Shown in pieces: positions 1 through 12,748 of a DNA stretch of 64,000 bases (positions are counted from its first letter, which is position 1; each line of letters starts with the position of its first letter). A program made the translations under genes and the position numbers. The notes under the pieces were generated by a model, which had not been told where the DNA came from, ran no database searches, and saw only the letters and a list, made by a program, of their open reading frames with translations. The stretch is from Hypanus sabinus. Its lineage: Eukaryota. Location of the stretch: contig NC_082710.1 of assembly GCF_030144855.1 (NCBI RefSeq), forward strand, positions 165,540,001 to 165,604,000. Direction: 5' to 3'.

Positions 1-429
1 GCTTCCCCAACTCTGGGGGAAAAAAACTGAGTGTATTTACCAAATTTATACCCCTCAAGAGTTTACACACCTCTCAGTCTCCTTCGTGCAAATAATGGCC
101 TAGCTTGTGCAACCTCTCCTACAGCCCAGTCTCTTGAGTCCTATAACAACCTCATTAATCTTTTCTGCATGCTTTTCAGCTTAACGGCAGCTTTGCTATA
201 GTATCAACCAAAGCTGGTCACAGTGTAAGCTCACCGGTGTACTGTACAAACTCGAAATGACCGCCCAACTTTTCTGCTCAATTCCCTGACTTACGAGGAC
301 CTGAATGCCAAAACCCTTCCACACATCATGAGCTTCAGAGCCTGTTCTTGTGCTGTAATGTTCAAAGCTCTAAGGCTCAGGGCAAGTTCAATAAGTATAA
401 TTACTGCTGGAGCTCGATCTGTATCTGTA

Positions 430-1304
430 GGAAGACTTGGATAGGCTGGGTGAGTGGGCAGATGCTTGGCAGATGTCATTCAATGTGAATAAATGTGAAG
501 TTATCCACTTTGGAAGCAGGAGTATCTGCAAGAGGGCAGAGTATTGTCTGAACGGTGTAGAGTTAGGTAAGGGAGAAATGCAAAGAGACCTAGGAGTCCT
601 AGTTCACCAGTCAATGAAGGTGAATGAGCAAGTGCAACAGGCAGTGAAGAGGGCAAATGGAATGTTGGCCTTTATTACAAGGGGAATTGAGTACAAGAGC
701 AAGGATGTCCTTTTGCATTTGTACAGGGCCCTGGTGAGACCACACCTGGAATATTGTGTACAGTTTTGGCCTCCAGGTTTAAGGAAGGACATTCTGGCAA
801 TTGAGGAAGTGCAGCGTAGATTCACTAGGTTGATTCCTGGGATGGCAGGCCTGTCTTACGCAGAGAGATTGGAGAGATTGGGCTTGTACACGCTGGAATT
901 GAGGAGATTGAGAGGGGATCTGATTGAAACGTTTAAGATAATTAAAGGATTTGATAGGATTGAGGCAGGAAATATGTTCCAGATGTTGGGAGAGTCCAGT
1001 ACCAGAGGGCATGGATTGAGAATAAGAGGTCAGTTATTTAAAACAGAGTTGAGGAAGAGCTTCTTCTCCCGGAGAGTTGTGGAGGTGTGGAATGCACTGC
1101 CTCGGAAGACGGTGGAGGCCAATTCTCTGGATGCTTTCAAGAAGGAGCTAGATAGATATCTCATGGATAGGGGAATCAAGGGATATGGGGACAAGGCAGG
1201 GACTGGGTATTGATAGTGAATGATCAGCCATGATCTCAGAATGGCGGTGCAGACTCGAGGGGCCGAATGGTCTACTTCTGCACCTATTGTCTATTGTCTA
1301 TTGT
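430..1304 (+). mobile_element. CR1 LINE, 5'-truncated 3' end (ORF2 RT C-terminal region, open for 258 aa)
   Basis: ORF 437-1213 contains [33 protein letters not shown] and RRLRGDLIETFKII. The 3' UTR ends in a (CTATTGT)n tail at 1284-1304. Confidence 0.95.
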
Positions 1305-3323
1305 ATCACTCAGGAAGTCGCAGCAGAGGAACAGGATATTTATTTTGCCTTTAGGTTGTGAAAACCTGCCCTTTGGAACTCCCAAAGTCCCAGGCAAATG
1401 TGCCAATTAGTGTCATGCTCCCAGGAGCCTTTGCAATACCAGCATGCAGTCAGCTGGCTTCAACCTCCAAGCCATAGTGCCGAACTGTCTTTGGACAACC
1501 CTCCTCTGTACGTGGACGTGGGCTGCTTGGCATGGTGTAGAAATGACGTGGGATAACGATGTGAGAAACTTAGCCACATCCTTTACAGACAGGGCTATAT
1601 CCTGTTGTTCAGTTGCGAATTCCTGGAAAATAAGGGGTGGCTTATAAATAAGGACTGATTACCATCACATTTATTTTTCTGTTAGGAAATGAGGAACAAT
1701 TAGTATCAGGGTGGATCAAGGAGTTTATGACCTGCATCTAGATCTCGACCTGAAACATTTTCCCACAGATGCTACTCAGCCCGCTGAGTTCGTCCAGCAG
1801 ACTGCTTCTTTGGTCCGGATCCCGGCTTTGCAGTGTTCCTGTTTCTCCATTATCCTGGAAATCAGTCTCCTCTCCACAGCGAAGAATGAGTCAAAAAAAC
1901 GCTAAAGGAAATAATTTTCTACAACACATGGGATTCTGTAAATGCCAAAAATCCAGTGAACAAGCACAAAATGCTAGGGGGATCCCATCTGATTTCTGTT
2001 CTCATGCCAAAGACATGTCGATTATAGGTTATATGCCCACTGCAAATTACCCCTTGTGTGTGGACTGCACTGGGGGGTGTTGATGGGAATGTGAGGAGAA
2101 TAAAATTTGTATAGGATCGGTGTAAACGAATGCTTGATGGGTGGTGTGGTCTTGGTTGGCAAAAGAATCTGCTTCTGACTGTATGACCTCTTGACCTTTT
2201 CTGACGGCAGGTTTTCTATCTTGATTTATCTAAAAGCTGAGTCTGGTTGCTCTAAGTCAATCCTCAGTCCAGGCCTCTGGGTTACTGGTCCAGTAACATA
2301 AGCATCCACCCCTCTGCTCCATGGTAGAACTTTCATTCACAACTGCCTGGTCTCCACCATCCATCCCATGCTCTGTTCTTGCTGCTGGCATCAGGAAGGA
2401 GGTACAGGAGCCTTAGATCCCACATCAACCAGGTCTGAGAGCAAGATAGCCAGTTAGGCTCCTAAATCAGTGTGGATAATTTCACTCAATTCCATACTGA
2501 ACTGATGGCTGAACACAACCAATGGTCTCTCTCTCTCTCATGGACTTGACAACTTATGTTCTCAGTATCATTTGTTTATTCATTCACTTAATTATTTTTA
2601 AATTTCTTTTTCAATTTGTTATCTTTGCACAGTTTATCTTCTTCTGCACATTGACTGCTTGTCAGTCTTTGTGCGTAGTTTTTCACTGAGTCCACTTATT
2701 CCTCTGTTCTAATGTGAATGCCTGCCAGAAAAATGAATCTCACAGTATACAGTGGCAAATGCATACCTGGATGATCAATTGGCTTGCTCTTTCTGTTTGT
2801 ATGAGAACCAACCACTTCTTTTCTGAAGTCTTTTTTCTCTCTCTGATAATCCAAGGACAGACTGCAATAAATAGACCTGTACAACATCAGCAATATTTTA
2901 CCCAGACGGTGGTAGCTTTGTACTTTCTCATAACATTCCCTCATTCCAGACTAACACCTCTTCGTTTAACAAGCTTCCATTTTGCGTTACACATTTTAGC
3001 ATATACTACAAATCAAATGTTAATACATCTGTTACAGTGTAACTTCCATGCTTAGTCAGTAAATTTCACCCTATCACGGAAATCTCTTTCAACCACTCCT
3101 CTCCACCCCATTCCTGTACCTAGACTAATTGGTTCCTCGCTTTCCGGTTCCAGAATCTGAACCTAAATTTAAAAAATCTACACAGTCCTGCAGATCTTTC
3201 CAGCATTTTGGATTTCTTTTTGTTTTATTTAAACTTTCCTACATCTGCAACGTTTTTGACATTCACATCAACCACCCTGATGCTTTCATCTGATTTTGCG
3301 AGTTATTTAATTAGCAACACTAA

Positions 3324-3868
3324 AGTGTGCAGTTCTGGTCACCGAATTATAGGAAAGATGTCAACAAAATAGAGAGAGTACAGAGAAGATTTACTAGAAT
3401 GTTACCTGGGTTTCAGTACCCAAGTTACAGGGAAAGGCTGAACAAGTTAGGTCTTTATTCTTTGGAGCGTAGAAGGTTGAGGGGGGACTTGATACAGATA
3501 TTTAAAATTATGAGGGGGATTAGATAGAGTTGACGTGGATAGGCTTTTTCCACTGAGAGTAGGGGAGATTCAAACAAGAGGACATGAGTTGAGAGTTAAG
3601 GGGCAAAAGTTTAGGGGTAACACAAGGGGGAACTTCTTTACTCAGAGGGTGGTAGCTGTGAGGAACGAGCTTCCAGTAGAAGTGGTAGAGGCAGTTTTGG
3701 TATTGTCATTTAAAGTAAAATTGGATAGATATATGGACAGGAAAGGAATGGAGGGTTATGGGCTGAGTGCGGGTCAGTGGGACTAGGTGAGAGTAAGCGT
3801 TGGCACGGACTAGAAGGGCCAAGATGGCCTGTTTCCATGCTGTAATTGTTATATGGTTATATATGGCT
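3324..3868 (+). mobile_element. CR1 LINE 3' fragment, frameshifted
   Basis: VQFWSPNYRKDVNKIERVQRRFTRMLPG and FFTQRVV motifs, with a tgttatatggttat tail. Same subfamily as the copy at 27900-28855. Confidence 0.92.
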
Positions 3869-3879
3869 AAAACACAGAG

Positions 3880-4130
3880 CATAGCAGAGTCGGCTCTTCC
3901 GGCCCTTGGGACACGCCCCTCCCGCTACCCCCAATGAAACCAATTAACCCTAACTTAATGACACGACAATCTACCCGGTACGTCTTGACGCTATGGGAGA
4001 AAACCAGAAGGTCTGGAGAAAACCTACAGAGAGGATGTACAGAGATACCTTTCTGGAATTGAACTCCAAACTCTAGGACTCTCTGAGCTGTAATAGCTGC
4101 TCACTAATAGCTACACTACTTTGGCACAGA
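3880..4130 (-). mobile_element. tRNA-derived SINE (V-SINE/HE1-like), decayed
   Basis: The reverse complement begins agtagtgtagctattagt...gagttcaattcc (tRNA-like A/B-box remnants), followed by the ggttttctcc...ccaaaga-type central domain. Confidence 0.55.
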
Positions 4131-4151
4131 GCTCCACTACCATGGTACATA

Positions 4152-4257
4152 ATGAATATCAGCTTTATTGCTGAATACCTTCTGCGTAGTTTAAGCTCCA
4201 GTTCAGTTATCTTCCTGCTTGTGGTAGCTGCTTGCATGCACAGTCATATTTCTGTCG
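4152..4257 (+). CDS. Candidate signal-peptide exon of the SLAM-family gene (tentative)
   Basis: ATG at 4152 gives MNISFIAEYLLRSLSSSSVIFLLVVAACMHSHISV followed by a phase-1 G|gttatt, in phase with the IgV exon. The donor is weak and other candidates exist. Confidence 0.3.
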
Positions 4258-4999
4258 GTTATTCACTCAAATTCTGTCTCTGGTCTTCTCTTTGAATGAA
4301 GTGCTATTGTCAGTACAGTACCCAAGTATTCACTAATTTGGTCAGTCACTCATGGTTTGTGTGTGAGAGACATCAGTAAGAATGTTGTCATTCCTGTGTT
4401 GTCATTCTGATGTGGTTAAAGTCAACAGATGCCATTACACATGGAAATTTAAAACTGTAGTTGGAAAAGATCCCAGCAAATGCTTGAAAGACTCAGAGAG
4501 TTGGACAGCATTAGTGGAAAGAAAAACAGTTATTGTTTTATATCAAAGCTAAACAGTGCTGCAAACATTTTATGGTATTTCTCAAATATAGAAATGTCTG
4601 CACGTCAGGCTTTGGAGAGAAATGCTTCATGTGCTTTCAGAGGCAGAACTGATTGCACAGTGACTGGGATGAGGTTTGAATGACCAGTCTCATTGTCCCA
4701 CTCCCTGATGGGTTTCAGGAACTGATCCTGGAGCTTCTCCCCTGCAATGGTCATGCTTACCCATTGATGAAATGAATCATCATGGAAATTTCTCCTCATG
4801 AGCCTTGCAGGATGGCAATAGGTGGCTTGACCCAGCAGGTCCATGGGATTTTTGTGTCCTGGAGACTTGGCTCACTCTGGACACCATGGATTCAATACAT
4901 AGGCTGATTCAGAGAAGGCAAAAGGTGAGGGGGGCCAGGGTAGTCTGTGTTCCATGATAAACTCTTTCAGATGCTCAGATCCCCTAACCTGGACCAACG

Positions 5000-7146
5000 G
5001 AGTTCTCCTCTGTCATCCTGACCACAGTACTTACAGCCAAAAACTGATGCTAAGCAAATTCTTGAGGCATTGGGTGCAACGATTAGTGAAAAAGAAGCAT
5101 CCTACTCTGGCACCTTTCAAATAATTGTTGGGACCTTCAATCAGGCAGGCTTGCTTGAAGAAATCTCTGCCCAATTATAATCAACATATTTCCTGCCGCA
5201 CAATGGTTCCCAACATACTTGACCACTATCTTACCATGATTAGGAATGCCTAGCGATCCATCCCTAGACAGCATTTCAGGAAATCTCATCACTTGGCTGT
5301 ACTCCTACCGGCATACAAGCAGAGACAAAAGAGTAAGATGCCACATATAAGGACAACAAATAGGTGGTCACAGGAGACCAAGTAGCGGCTTCAGGACTGC
5401 TTTGAGTTGGTTAACTGCGCTGTGTCCAAGAGCTCATTAGAGGGTCTGAACAAATACACCATGATTGTCACGGATTATCAGGTCTGGCAACAAGTAAAAT
5501 ACAAGAGGTCCAGGTATGATCTTCAGAAAGCCATCTCACATGCAAAGTGGCAACTCAGGACCAGACGTGAGTCACTGAAGGTTGCTCGACAGCTGTTGCA
5601 GAGCATGAATGCTATCACCTCCAGCGAAGTGAAAACAAGCACTATAGGTGATAACCACGTTTCATTTTCTCAATGCATTTTATACTTGCTTTGACCTTCT
5701 CCCTCAGTCTCTGAGGCTGATGTCAGTTGCCGACTTACTTCAATTATCCCAGTGCCTCCAAAGAATGTGGTAATCTGCCTCAATGACTATTGTCCTGAGC
5801 ACTTACATCCACCGTGATGAAATGCTTTGTGAGGTAGATGATGAAACATATCAACTCCTGCCTGAGGAGTGACTTGAATCCACTCCAATTTTCCTACTGT
5901 CATAACAAGTCAACAACAGATACCATTTCTTTGTCTCTTCACTCAACCTTGGAACATCTGTTCAGTGAAGATGCAAACGACAGGATGCTCTTCATTGACT
6001 ACTGCCCAGCAATCAACACTATCACCCCTTTGAAACCAATCACTAAGCGCCATGACCTAGGCCTCAATATCCCTGTGTGCAGCTGGATCCTTGATTTCCT
6101 TACTTGTACCCCCAGTCCGTTCCCATTGGAAACAACATCTCCTCCACAGTAACTATAAGTGCAGGTGCACCATAAGGCTGTATACTTAGGCCCCTGCTCT
6201 ACTCACTTTATACTTACGATTGTGAGGCTAAGCACAGCTTCAGCGCCACATTTAAGTTGACTGATGACACCATTATCATGGGCCGAATCAAGAGTGGTGC
6301 CAAATCCATATAGGAATCAAAAGCCCAAGGAGTTGATTATTGACTACAGGAGGAGGAAAACAGAGATTCATGAGCTGTGATGGTGTCAGATGTGGAGACG
6401 GTCAACAACTTTAAATTCCCCAATGTTATCATTTCAAAGGATCTGCCCTAGGCCCTTAGTGCCATTAGGAAGAAAATGCAACAGCACCTCTACTTTTTTA
6501 GAATTTTGAAGATACGGCATGTCAAATAAAACTTTGATGAACTTCTATAGGTGTGCATTGGAGAGTATATTGGCTGGTTGCATCATAGTCTGGTATGGAG
6601 ACACCAAAGTCCTTGAATAGAAATGCCAACAAAAAGTACTGGATACAGCCCAGTCCATGATAGGTAAAACCCTCCCCACCATTGAGCAAATCTATACAGA
6701 GCAGTATCGCAGGAAAGCAGAATCCATCTTCAAGAAGTCCCACCATCTAGGCCATGCTCTCTTCTTGATGTTACCATCAGGAAGAAGGTACAAGAGCCTC
6801 AGGACTCACACCAGCAGGTTCAGGGACAGTTATTAGCCCTCAGCATTAGGCTCTTGAACCAGATGGGATAACTTCACTCGCCCCATCATTGAACCGTTCT
6901 CACAACCTATGGACTCACTTTCAAAGACTCTTAATCTTGTGTTCTCAAGATTTATTGTTATTTATTTATTATTATTTCATTTTTTTTTCTTTTTGCATTT
7001 GCAGTTTTTTGCACATTGTTATCCATCCTGTTGATTGATTCTCTTTGAGTTTCTTGTATTTACTATGACTGTCCACAAGATAATGAATCTCAGGATTGCA
7101 TGTGATGACACACATGTACTTTGATAATAAATTTAATTTGAACTTG
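5000..7146 (+). mobile_element. Rex1/Babar-type non-LTR retrotransposon, degenerate (APE + RT + 3' UTR)
   Basis: APE-like IIVGTFNQA near 5130; RT motifs NPLQFSY, STTDTISLSLHSTLEHL and RMLFIDY in 5838-6152; tail aataaatttaatttgaacttgaac. Confidence 0.8.
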
Positions 7147-7149
7147 AAC

Positions 7150-7458
7150 TCTTGCTCACTGGATGTTTTTTTTCTCTTTCGCACTTCATTCTCTGTAAAC
7201 TCTCGAGATTGTTGTGCATGAAAAAACCAAATCAACAGTTTCTGAGATACTTAAACCACCCCACTTGGCATCAACAATCATCCCATTGTCAAAGTCATTG
7301 AGATCACATCTCTTTCCCATTCTGATCTGAACAACTGAACCCGTTGACCATGTCTGCATGCATTTGTGATTTGAGTTGCTGCCACATGATTGGCTGATTA
7401 GATATCTGTATTAATGAGCAGGTGGACAGATGTACTGAATAAAGTGATGACTGAGTAT
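7150..7458 (-). mobile_element. Tc1/mariner-like non-autonomous element end
   Basis: Ends in a degenerate TIR (tgtactgaataaagtgatgactgagta). It is the reverse complement of the related copy at 28857-29294. Confidence 0.65.
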
Positions 7459-8142
7459 GCCTTTTGTAGTTTATGGGACCTGATCTTTCTCCCACCATTT
7501 CTCTTCTCCACCCTGTACTTTGCTGTCAAGGTCATTCTCCTCATTCCAAACTGCCTTTGAGAGAAGTGCTGGTAAGCTGCCTTCAGGACAGTTTTAGTCC
7601 TTCTGGGAAAGATGCCCGCACAATGGTGTTGGGGAGGGAGTTCTAGGCTTTAGAGCCAGCAATGATAAATGTTGTGCCAATGCAATTAAACTGTGGCAAG
7701 AAAGACATAAACTTCTGGAGGAACTCAGCAGCTTCTGTGAGGGTAAGTAATGATGTATCATTTCAACCCAAAACATTAATCGACCCTCCCCCCATAGAAG
7801 CTGTTTGAAATGCTGATCTCCTCCAGCAGATTGTTGTTGCACTATGTACCAGTAACTGCAGTCTCACATGTCAGCAAGAAAAATGCACTGTGTATTCACA
7901 GCCTTGCGTGGAGCAGAGCTGTTCTATCAGAAATCCACTTTTGTGTTTTAATTGTCTTCCTCCAGGGTCATTAGATACCATGTGTGCCACTGAGGTAAAA
8001 GAGCGTCATGTGGTGGTGTTCTTTTGTGCCTGCTTCCCCTTGCCCCTCAGATTTGGGACCCTGCTAGAGTTGCCATGCTGTGGAAATGTGGACACCAACA
8101 CACCAGGACTAATGACCCTAATGATTTGTCCTTCTGTTTCAG

Positions 8143-8475
8143 TTCTGGCAGAGTCCGATGGGAATCTGGCTACTCGTCGTGTGGTGAATGGGATACTGGG
8201 ACAGTCAATCACTTTACAAGTACACGTGCCAGGAGAAAGCATTACAGCCATTACTTGGGATTACATGAATTCAACTAATCAAAAAAAGGTTAAATTATGT
8301 GAGAAATATCCAAACAATCCAATAAAATGTTACAGACAGAGGATCACGTTAAACCCGGAGGACTATAGCCTGGAAATACAGAACCTAACAGACAGTGACA
8401 AAGGTCTGTATGAAATAAATCCAAGGACCAGTGCAGATGTCCATGAAGAAGTGGTGGTGGAACTGCAAATTTATG
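8143..8475 (+). CDS. CD2/SLAM-family receptor, IgV-domain exon (phase 1-1)
   Basis: Acceptor cttctgtttcAG at 8141-8142 and donor G|gtaata at 8476; 333 nt open. Translates LAESDGNLATRRVVNGILGQSITLQVHVPGESITAITWDYMNSTNQKKVKLCEKYPNNPIKCYRQRITLNPEDYSLEIQNLTDSDKGLYEINPRTSADVHEEVVVELQIY. It has V-set hallmarks (G-x-S-I-T-L, core W, SLEIQNL, D-x-G-x-Y) but lacks the B/F-strand cysteines, as in CD2/SLAM V domains. Confidence 0.9.
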
Positions 8476-9475
8476 GTAATATTACTTTAATTATAATATA
8501 TATTCTGGTCTGACATTTTTAGAGTAGTGAGAGATGAAAGGGGAGATGTTTGTGGTCTGAGCTGAAGCCTGTGGGACACACGAGTCAGAGGGAATACTGA
8601 AACTCTGCTCAGATGCACACTTGCTTTTGTGAAGGACCCGGTCTGAAGCACCGTCTGTTTACTGTACATACGGCTGGCAAAATAATTGGATGGTTCCTTT
8701 CTGGGAGGGAACACTAAGCCATCTCAGAATATGATCTCTTAAAATAAATACTTGCTGCCACCTGCGTACTCATCCTTTTGTCCCAGAAACCACATTGGTC
8801 AGTGGTGAGAGGGGACATCAGCAGCATTTACCTCTCCTCCTTACTGTTTGGAAGGAGAATTGTACAGTGTAGAAGAGATGTGAAAGTGAAGGACAGGAGA
8901 GAAAGGTTCAGGTCTATTGAGCTTGCTAACTGAACATCCACATGAAACAGAGGTAACATGGAAAAGAAATGTTCCTAGTTCTCACAAAGTTGTTCATACA
9001 AATTCCATTTTAACCTCCTTATTTACAACATGACATACATGGGAGTTTTAACTAATTGTCAGCAGTACAGTTCCAAGGATGGATGAGTTTCTATACAAGA
9101 GACTGAGTAGTGTACACCTGTATTCCTAAAAGTTCAGAAGAATGAAAGGTAATCTCACCAAAACTTATGAAACAAATCTGATAGATCTTCATAGAGTGGA
9201 TGCTTGGGGGAGTTTCTGTCCAACCTGAGAAGGCTAGAGTCAGACTAAGGGGTAGGTCTACTCTAGAAAACTGGGGAGACTTAATTATTAACCTCAATCA
9301 ATACTGAAGTAGACAGAAATTTTGTATATAAAATGAACATAGGATGGGGTAAAAATGTTGATGTATTGCGGAGCAGGCTTCTCCTGGCCTTATATCAAGG
9401 TTCTTGTGAGAGGCTCATAACTAATATCTGTTGTTGACAAACCATTATCTTTATTTGTCTTTTTCTTATAAACAG

Positions 9476-9766
9476 AACGTGTATCAACACCCATAATAAT
9501 TAGCAACCAAGTTGACTTAGATGAGGTATGTAACATCAGTTTGCACTGTTTACTGGAGCGTGGCTCGGAGCCAGTTTACACTTGGTGGACAGGAGATGAT
9601 GAGGTCATGGCCGATGAGTCACATGTACTGACTGACGGAGGGAGAAGACTGGAATTGTCCTTAAGGCTGAATGATAACAACACAGTGTACAACTGCACAG
9701 TGAGGAACCCTGTCAGTGAGGCAACTACGAGTGTGGATCTCAGAAAGATCTGTCTGGTCACTGAAG
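9476..9766 (+). CDS. CD2/SLAM-family receptor, IgC2-domain exon (phase 1-1)
   Basis: Pyrimidine tract plus aaacAG at 9474-9475 and donor G|gttggt at 9767; 291 nt. Translates (E)RVSTPIIISNQVDLDEVCNISLHCLLERGSEPVYTWWTGDDEVMADESHVLTDGGRRLELSLRLNDNNTVYNCTVRNPVSEATTSVDLRKICLVTE. The four cysteines and the YxCxxxNPVS motif are typical of the SLAM-family C2 domain. Confidence 0.92.
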
Positions 9767-11702
9767 GTTGGTGCATTACTTCTTCAACACCTGTAAATCT
9801 TTCTCAAATAGTGGCAGTTATATATTTCCGTTCCATTCTAAGCTCAATATCCATACAATGGATCAGGTCAGGTCTGAGATAGATCAGTGATTTTTAGGAA
9901 TGTGCAGTTTGAACTATTTAGCTCCAGTCTAAATTTTGCTGTCCTATTCATTCTGGCCACATTTACGGGTCAGTCAGATTTTGACGGCAGCGTGTTCCCA
10001 TTCTTGGAGCTTGCCAATTGGCCGAGTTTTCAATATCTGCAGAAGCTGGAAATCCAAGAACGACTTGGAAAGAAGCACCTTCAGGTTGTGACCTTGCGTG
10101 GCCTTGTTGACCTTTCTCACCAATGTCAAACACTGAAGCATCATGGGGAACCAAAACATTGAGACAACAGGTGCGACTGTCAGAAGTGTCTGCCCTTGGG
10201 TGATCGCTCTCTCTCTCTGTTTCGATGGTGAGTGAGAGGCTGAGGAAACAATTAAAAACTGTGCTACAAACTGTAACATCAAAACAGCAACTGTTTGTCT
10301 CCCTCTCACTGTGGAAGGAGTGATATCTGTCTCTGCCTAGATATATGAGAGGGGAGAGAGAGAGAGATTGAACAGTCGTCTTTTATGGACTGTAGACCAT
10401 GGTCTTTCTTTGGGCTTTGCTGTTTCTTGCATGATGGCTTGTGGGAGAGCTGATGCTCTCTGCTGGGAAAAGTGGGGAGAGGTTTAATACTGTTTGCTGT
10501 TGCTTGTGCATCGGAGCAGACAAGGGTCTTTGGGGTTCTTACATTTTTACTGTCGTTCATTCTTTGGGAATTTTCTTCTGTTTCCAGGTTTTCTGTAGAG
10601 AGTAAGAGTTTTAGCTTGCATACTGCACACATTCTCTGAAAATAAATGGAACCATCGAACCTTTGATCCAATCACTATATAATTATGCCCTCTTCTATTA
10701 GCCATTTCCGAATGGCTGTCAACTCTTATCATTTATACATCTTGATGTATCCTTGATGTTTTTCCATTAGCTGATGTTTTCATGGCTACAAGCCATGGAT
10801 ACTAACCAGCTATGCATAGGATTGGAGGAAACAGTTAAGTTGGGATTCTAAAAGAGAAAATAATTTTCTTGGGCTGTGTGGAATAACAAGGAGTGGGGAT
10901 GCTGGGATTGGTGGTCCTGATTTGGCAGTAGGCTAGCATCGTTCTGCAGTGTAGGGGTTCTGTGTACTGCAGTTTCATGCACGTGTCAGCACAGGTATGT
11001 TGCAGGAAACAACTGACATGCAGAAGTTTTTTGTTCCTTCACTGAATGTTTATGTCACGGAAAAGGCCAGCATGTTTTGACCTCCCATTGAATGGGCTGT
11101 TGGGCATTCTTCAGGGAATAATTAGTTGTTGATTACACTGGCTTGTCAGTACCCACTCAGACTCGAAGAGCTGGTAATGAGGATGTGTCACGCTCGCTCA
11201 CAGGAAAGCCTTCTTGTTCAGCCATTTATCTAAAACTGCTTACTGCTTTCTGCTTTCAAATTAGTGGTTTTATTTTACTCTGGGCTTGATCCTGGGTTGA
11301 AATAAAATATTTATAATTAATCCACTGACACTTTCCAATGCTTAAAATTCAGATTCAGCATTTTAGTTTTGATTGTGTTGGTTTTGGCAGAAAAAATGTG
11401 AAGTTAATTACTAGTATTAACACTTTGGTATCATTCCCCAAGATTTCAATAAATGAAGTTAAGTTAGAAAAATGATCAAAAATAGAAGCAGTGATAGAGA
11501 GATGGGCTGAATGCTGAATGCGGGTGGTGAATCTGTAATAAACGCTGAGCCACTGAGTATATTTAAACTGGAGGTCAGTAGTAAGGGAGTCAAAGGACAT
11601 GCAAGAATGCAGGAGAATGGAGTTGAAAGGGAAACATTTTAAAAAAGCCATGATGGAATGGTGGAGCAGACTGGATGGACCAAATGGCCTATTTCTGCCC
11701 CT

Positions 11703-11843
11703 CACAAAATGCTGGAGGAACTCAGCAGACCAGGCAGCATCAGTGGAAAAGAGTGCAGTCAATGTTGAGGGCCAACACCCTTCAGCAGACAGTCCTTTTC
11801 CATAGATGCTGCCTGGCTTCCTGAGGTCCTCCAGCATTTTGTG
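11703..11843. repeat. Inverted repeat (39-bp arms, 63-nt loop) built from Penelope-type terminal repeats
   Basis: Arm 11703-11741 (cacaaaatgctggaggaactcagcagaccaggcagcatc) matches the reverse complement of 11805-11843 at 35 of 39 positions. Confidence 0.85.
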
Positions 11844-12625
11844 TTTGTTGCTTGGATTTCCAGCTTCTGCAGATTTTCTCTTGTTTATTTCTGCCCCTCT
11901 GCCATTTGGTCTAATCCTTGGCAAAAATCAATCAACATAATTCCATTGTATGTCACCAACCGCGTGATCTTTGAACAGTATAATTTTCTTTCTCAGGAAG
12001 AATTTCATTGGATTAATCTGCTTTAATGATTATTTTGAATGGATCAGTGGGATGAGTAAGGAATTGGCTAGATAATTCTTACTCTGAAATAATTCTTCTT
12101 AGGACAGGACCAATTTCTAGAATGCTCAGGCCTGGTATTTGTTCTTTTTATGTGTTTTCATCTTCTCTTCACTGACAAAACTTTACTGCACAGAAGTCGG
12201 TCATTTTGCTTAATAATTCAAGTAGTATTATCAGCTCAGACCAATTCTCCCCTCTCCTTTCTCAGTGTTGGATAAATGTTCAAAAGCTAGGTTATTTCTA
12301 TTATTTTCCTGAAAGCTCTGAATGATTCTGGTATCAATCACCACCCATACAGACAGTGAGCTGCAGATCACAGCCACCCTCTTGTCAATCCCATTTGCCA
12401 CCCCTCCCCATTTTCACCCTTTGCCCCTGTAACCTCTGATTCTTGGAGTATCTGCTCATGGGGACAGAGTCCATCTACCCTGCTTAAGCAAGTTGTCAAA
12501 TTGCAAATCTGTATTAGCTCTCCTCTCGATCTCAGCTTCACCATTCTGCTCTATTTCCTGTTTAAGCCAATTTCCCTGTGTACTAATGTTGAGAAAATCA
12601 CAGATGAATATTCATCCCTTTTCAG

Positions 12626-12748
12626 GTCAAAAGCCAATGAGGCCACTCCACATTGGTTTAATTACTGCTGCTGTTCTAATACTTTCCATCATGGCTATCG
12701 CTTTCGTGATGTGTTTGAAGAAGAAAGAAGATCCCAAGTTCAATGAAG
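12626..12748 (+). CDS. CD2/SLAM-family receptor, transmembrane exon
   Basis: Acceptor cccttttcAG at 12624-12625, phase 1. Translates (G)QKPMRPLHIGLITAAVLILSIMAIAFVMCLKKKEDPKFNE: a hydrophobic helix followed by a KKK stop-transfer. The 3' end is either 12748 (AAG|gcaggt, GC donor, phase 1) or 12752 (CAG|gtactc, phase 2). Only the first joins the next identified exon in frame. Confidence 0.85.

Noticed and set aside
1881-1940. Strong acceptor ctcctctccacAG followed by AKNESKKR* or RRMSQKNAKG
   Set aside because: It could be the last exon of an upstream gene, but nothing in the window supports that.
7890-8513. 207-aa ORF taken as a complete single-exon gene
   Set aside because: Its Ig part is bounded by canonical splice sites, and the C-terminal GNITLIIIYILV is intron read-through.
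9887-10732. Cluster of 60-120 aa ORFs in the intron after the C2 exon
   Set aside because: No domain signatures, and they overlap a simple-repeat-rich LINE 3' tail at about 10200-10660.
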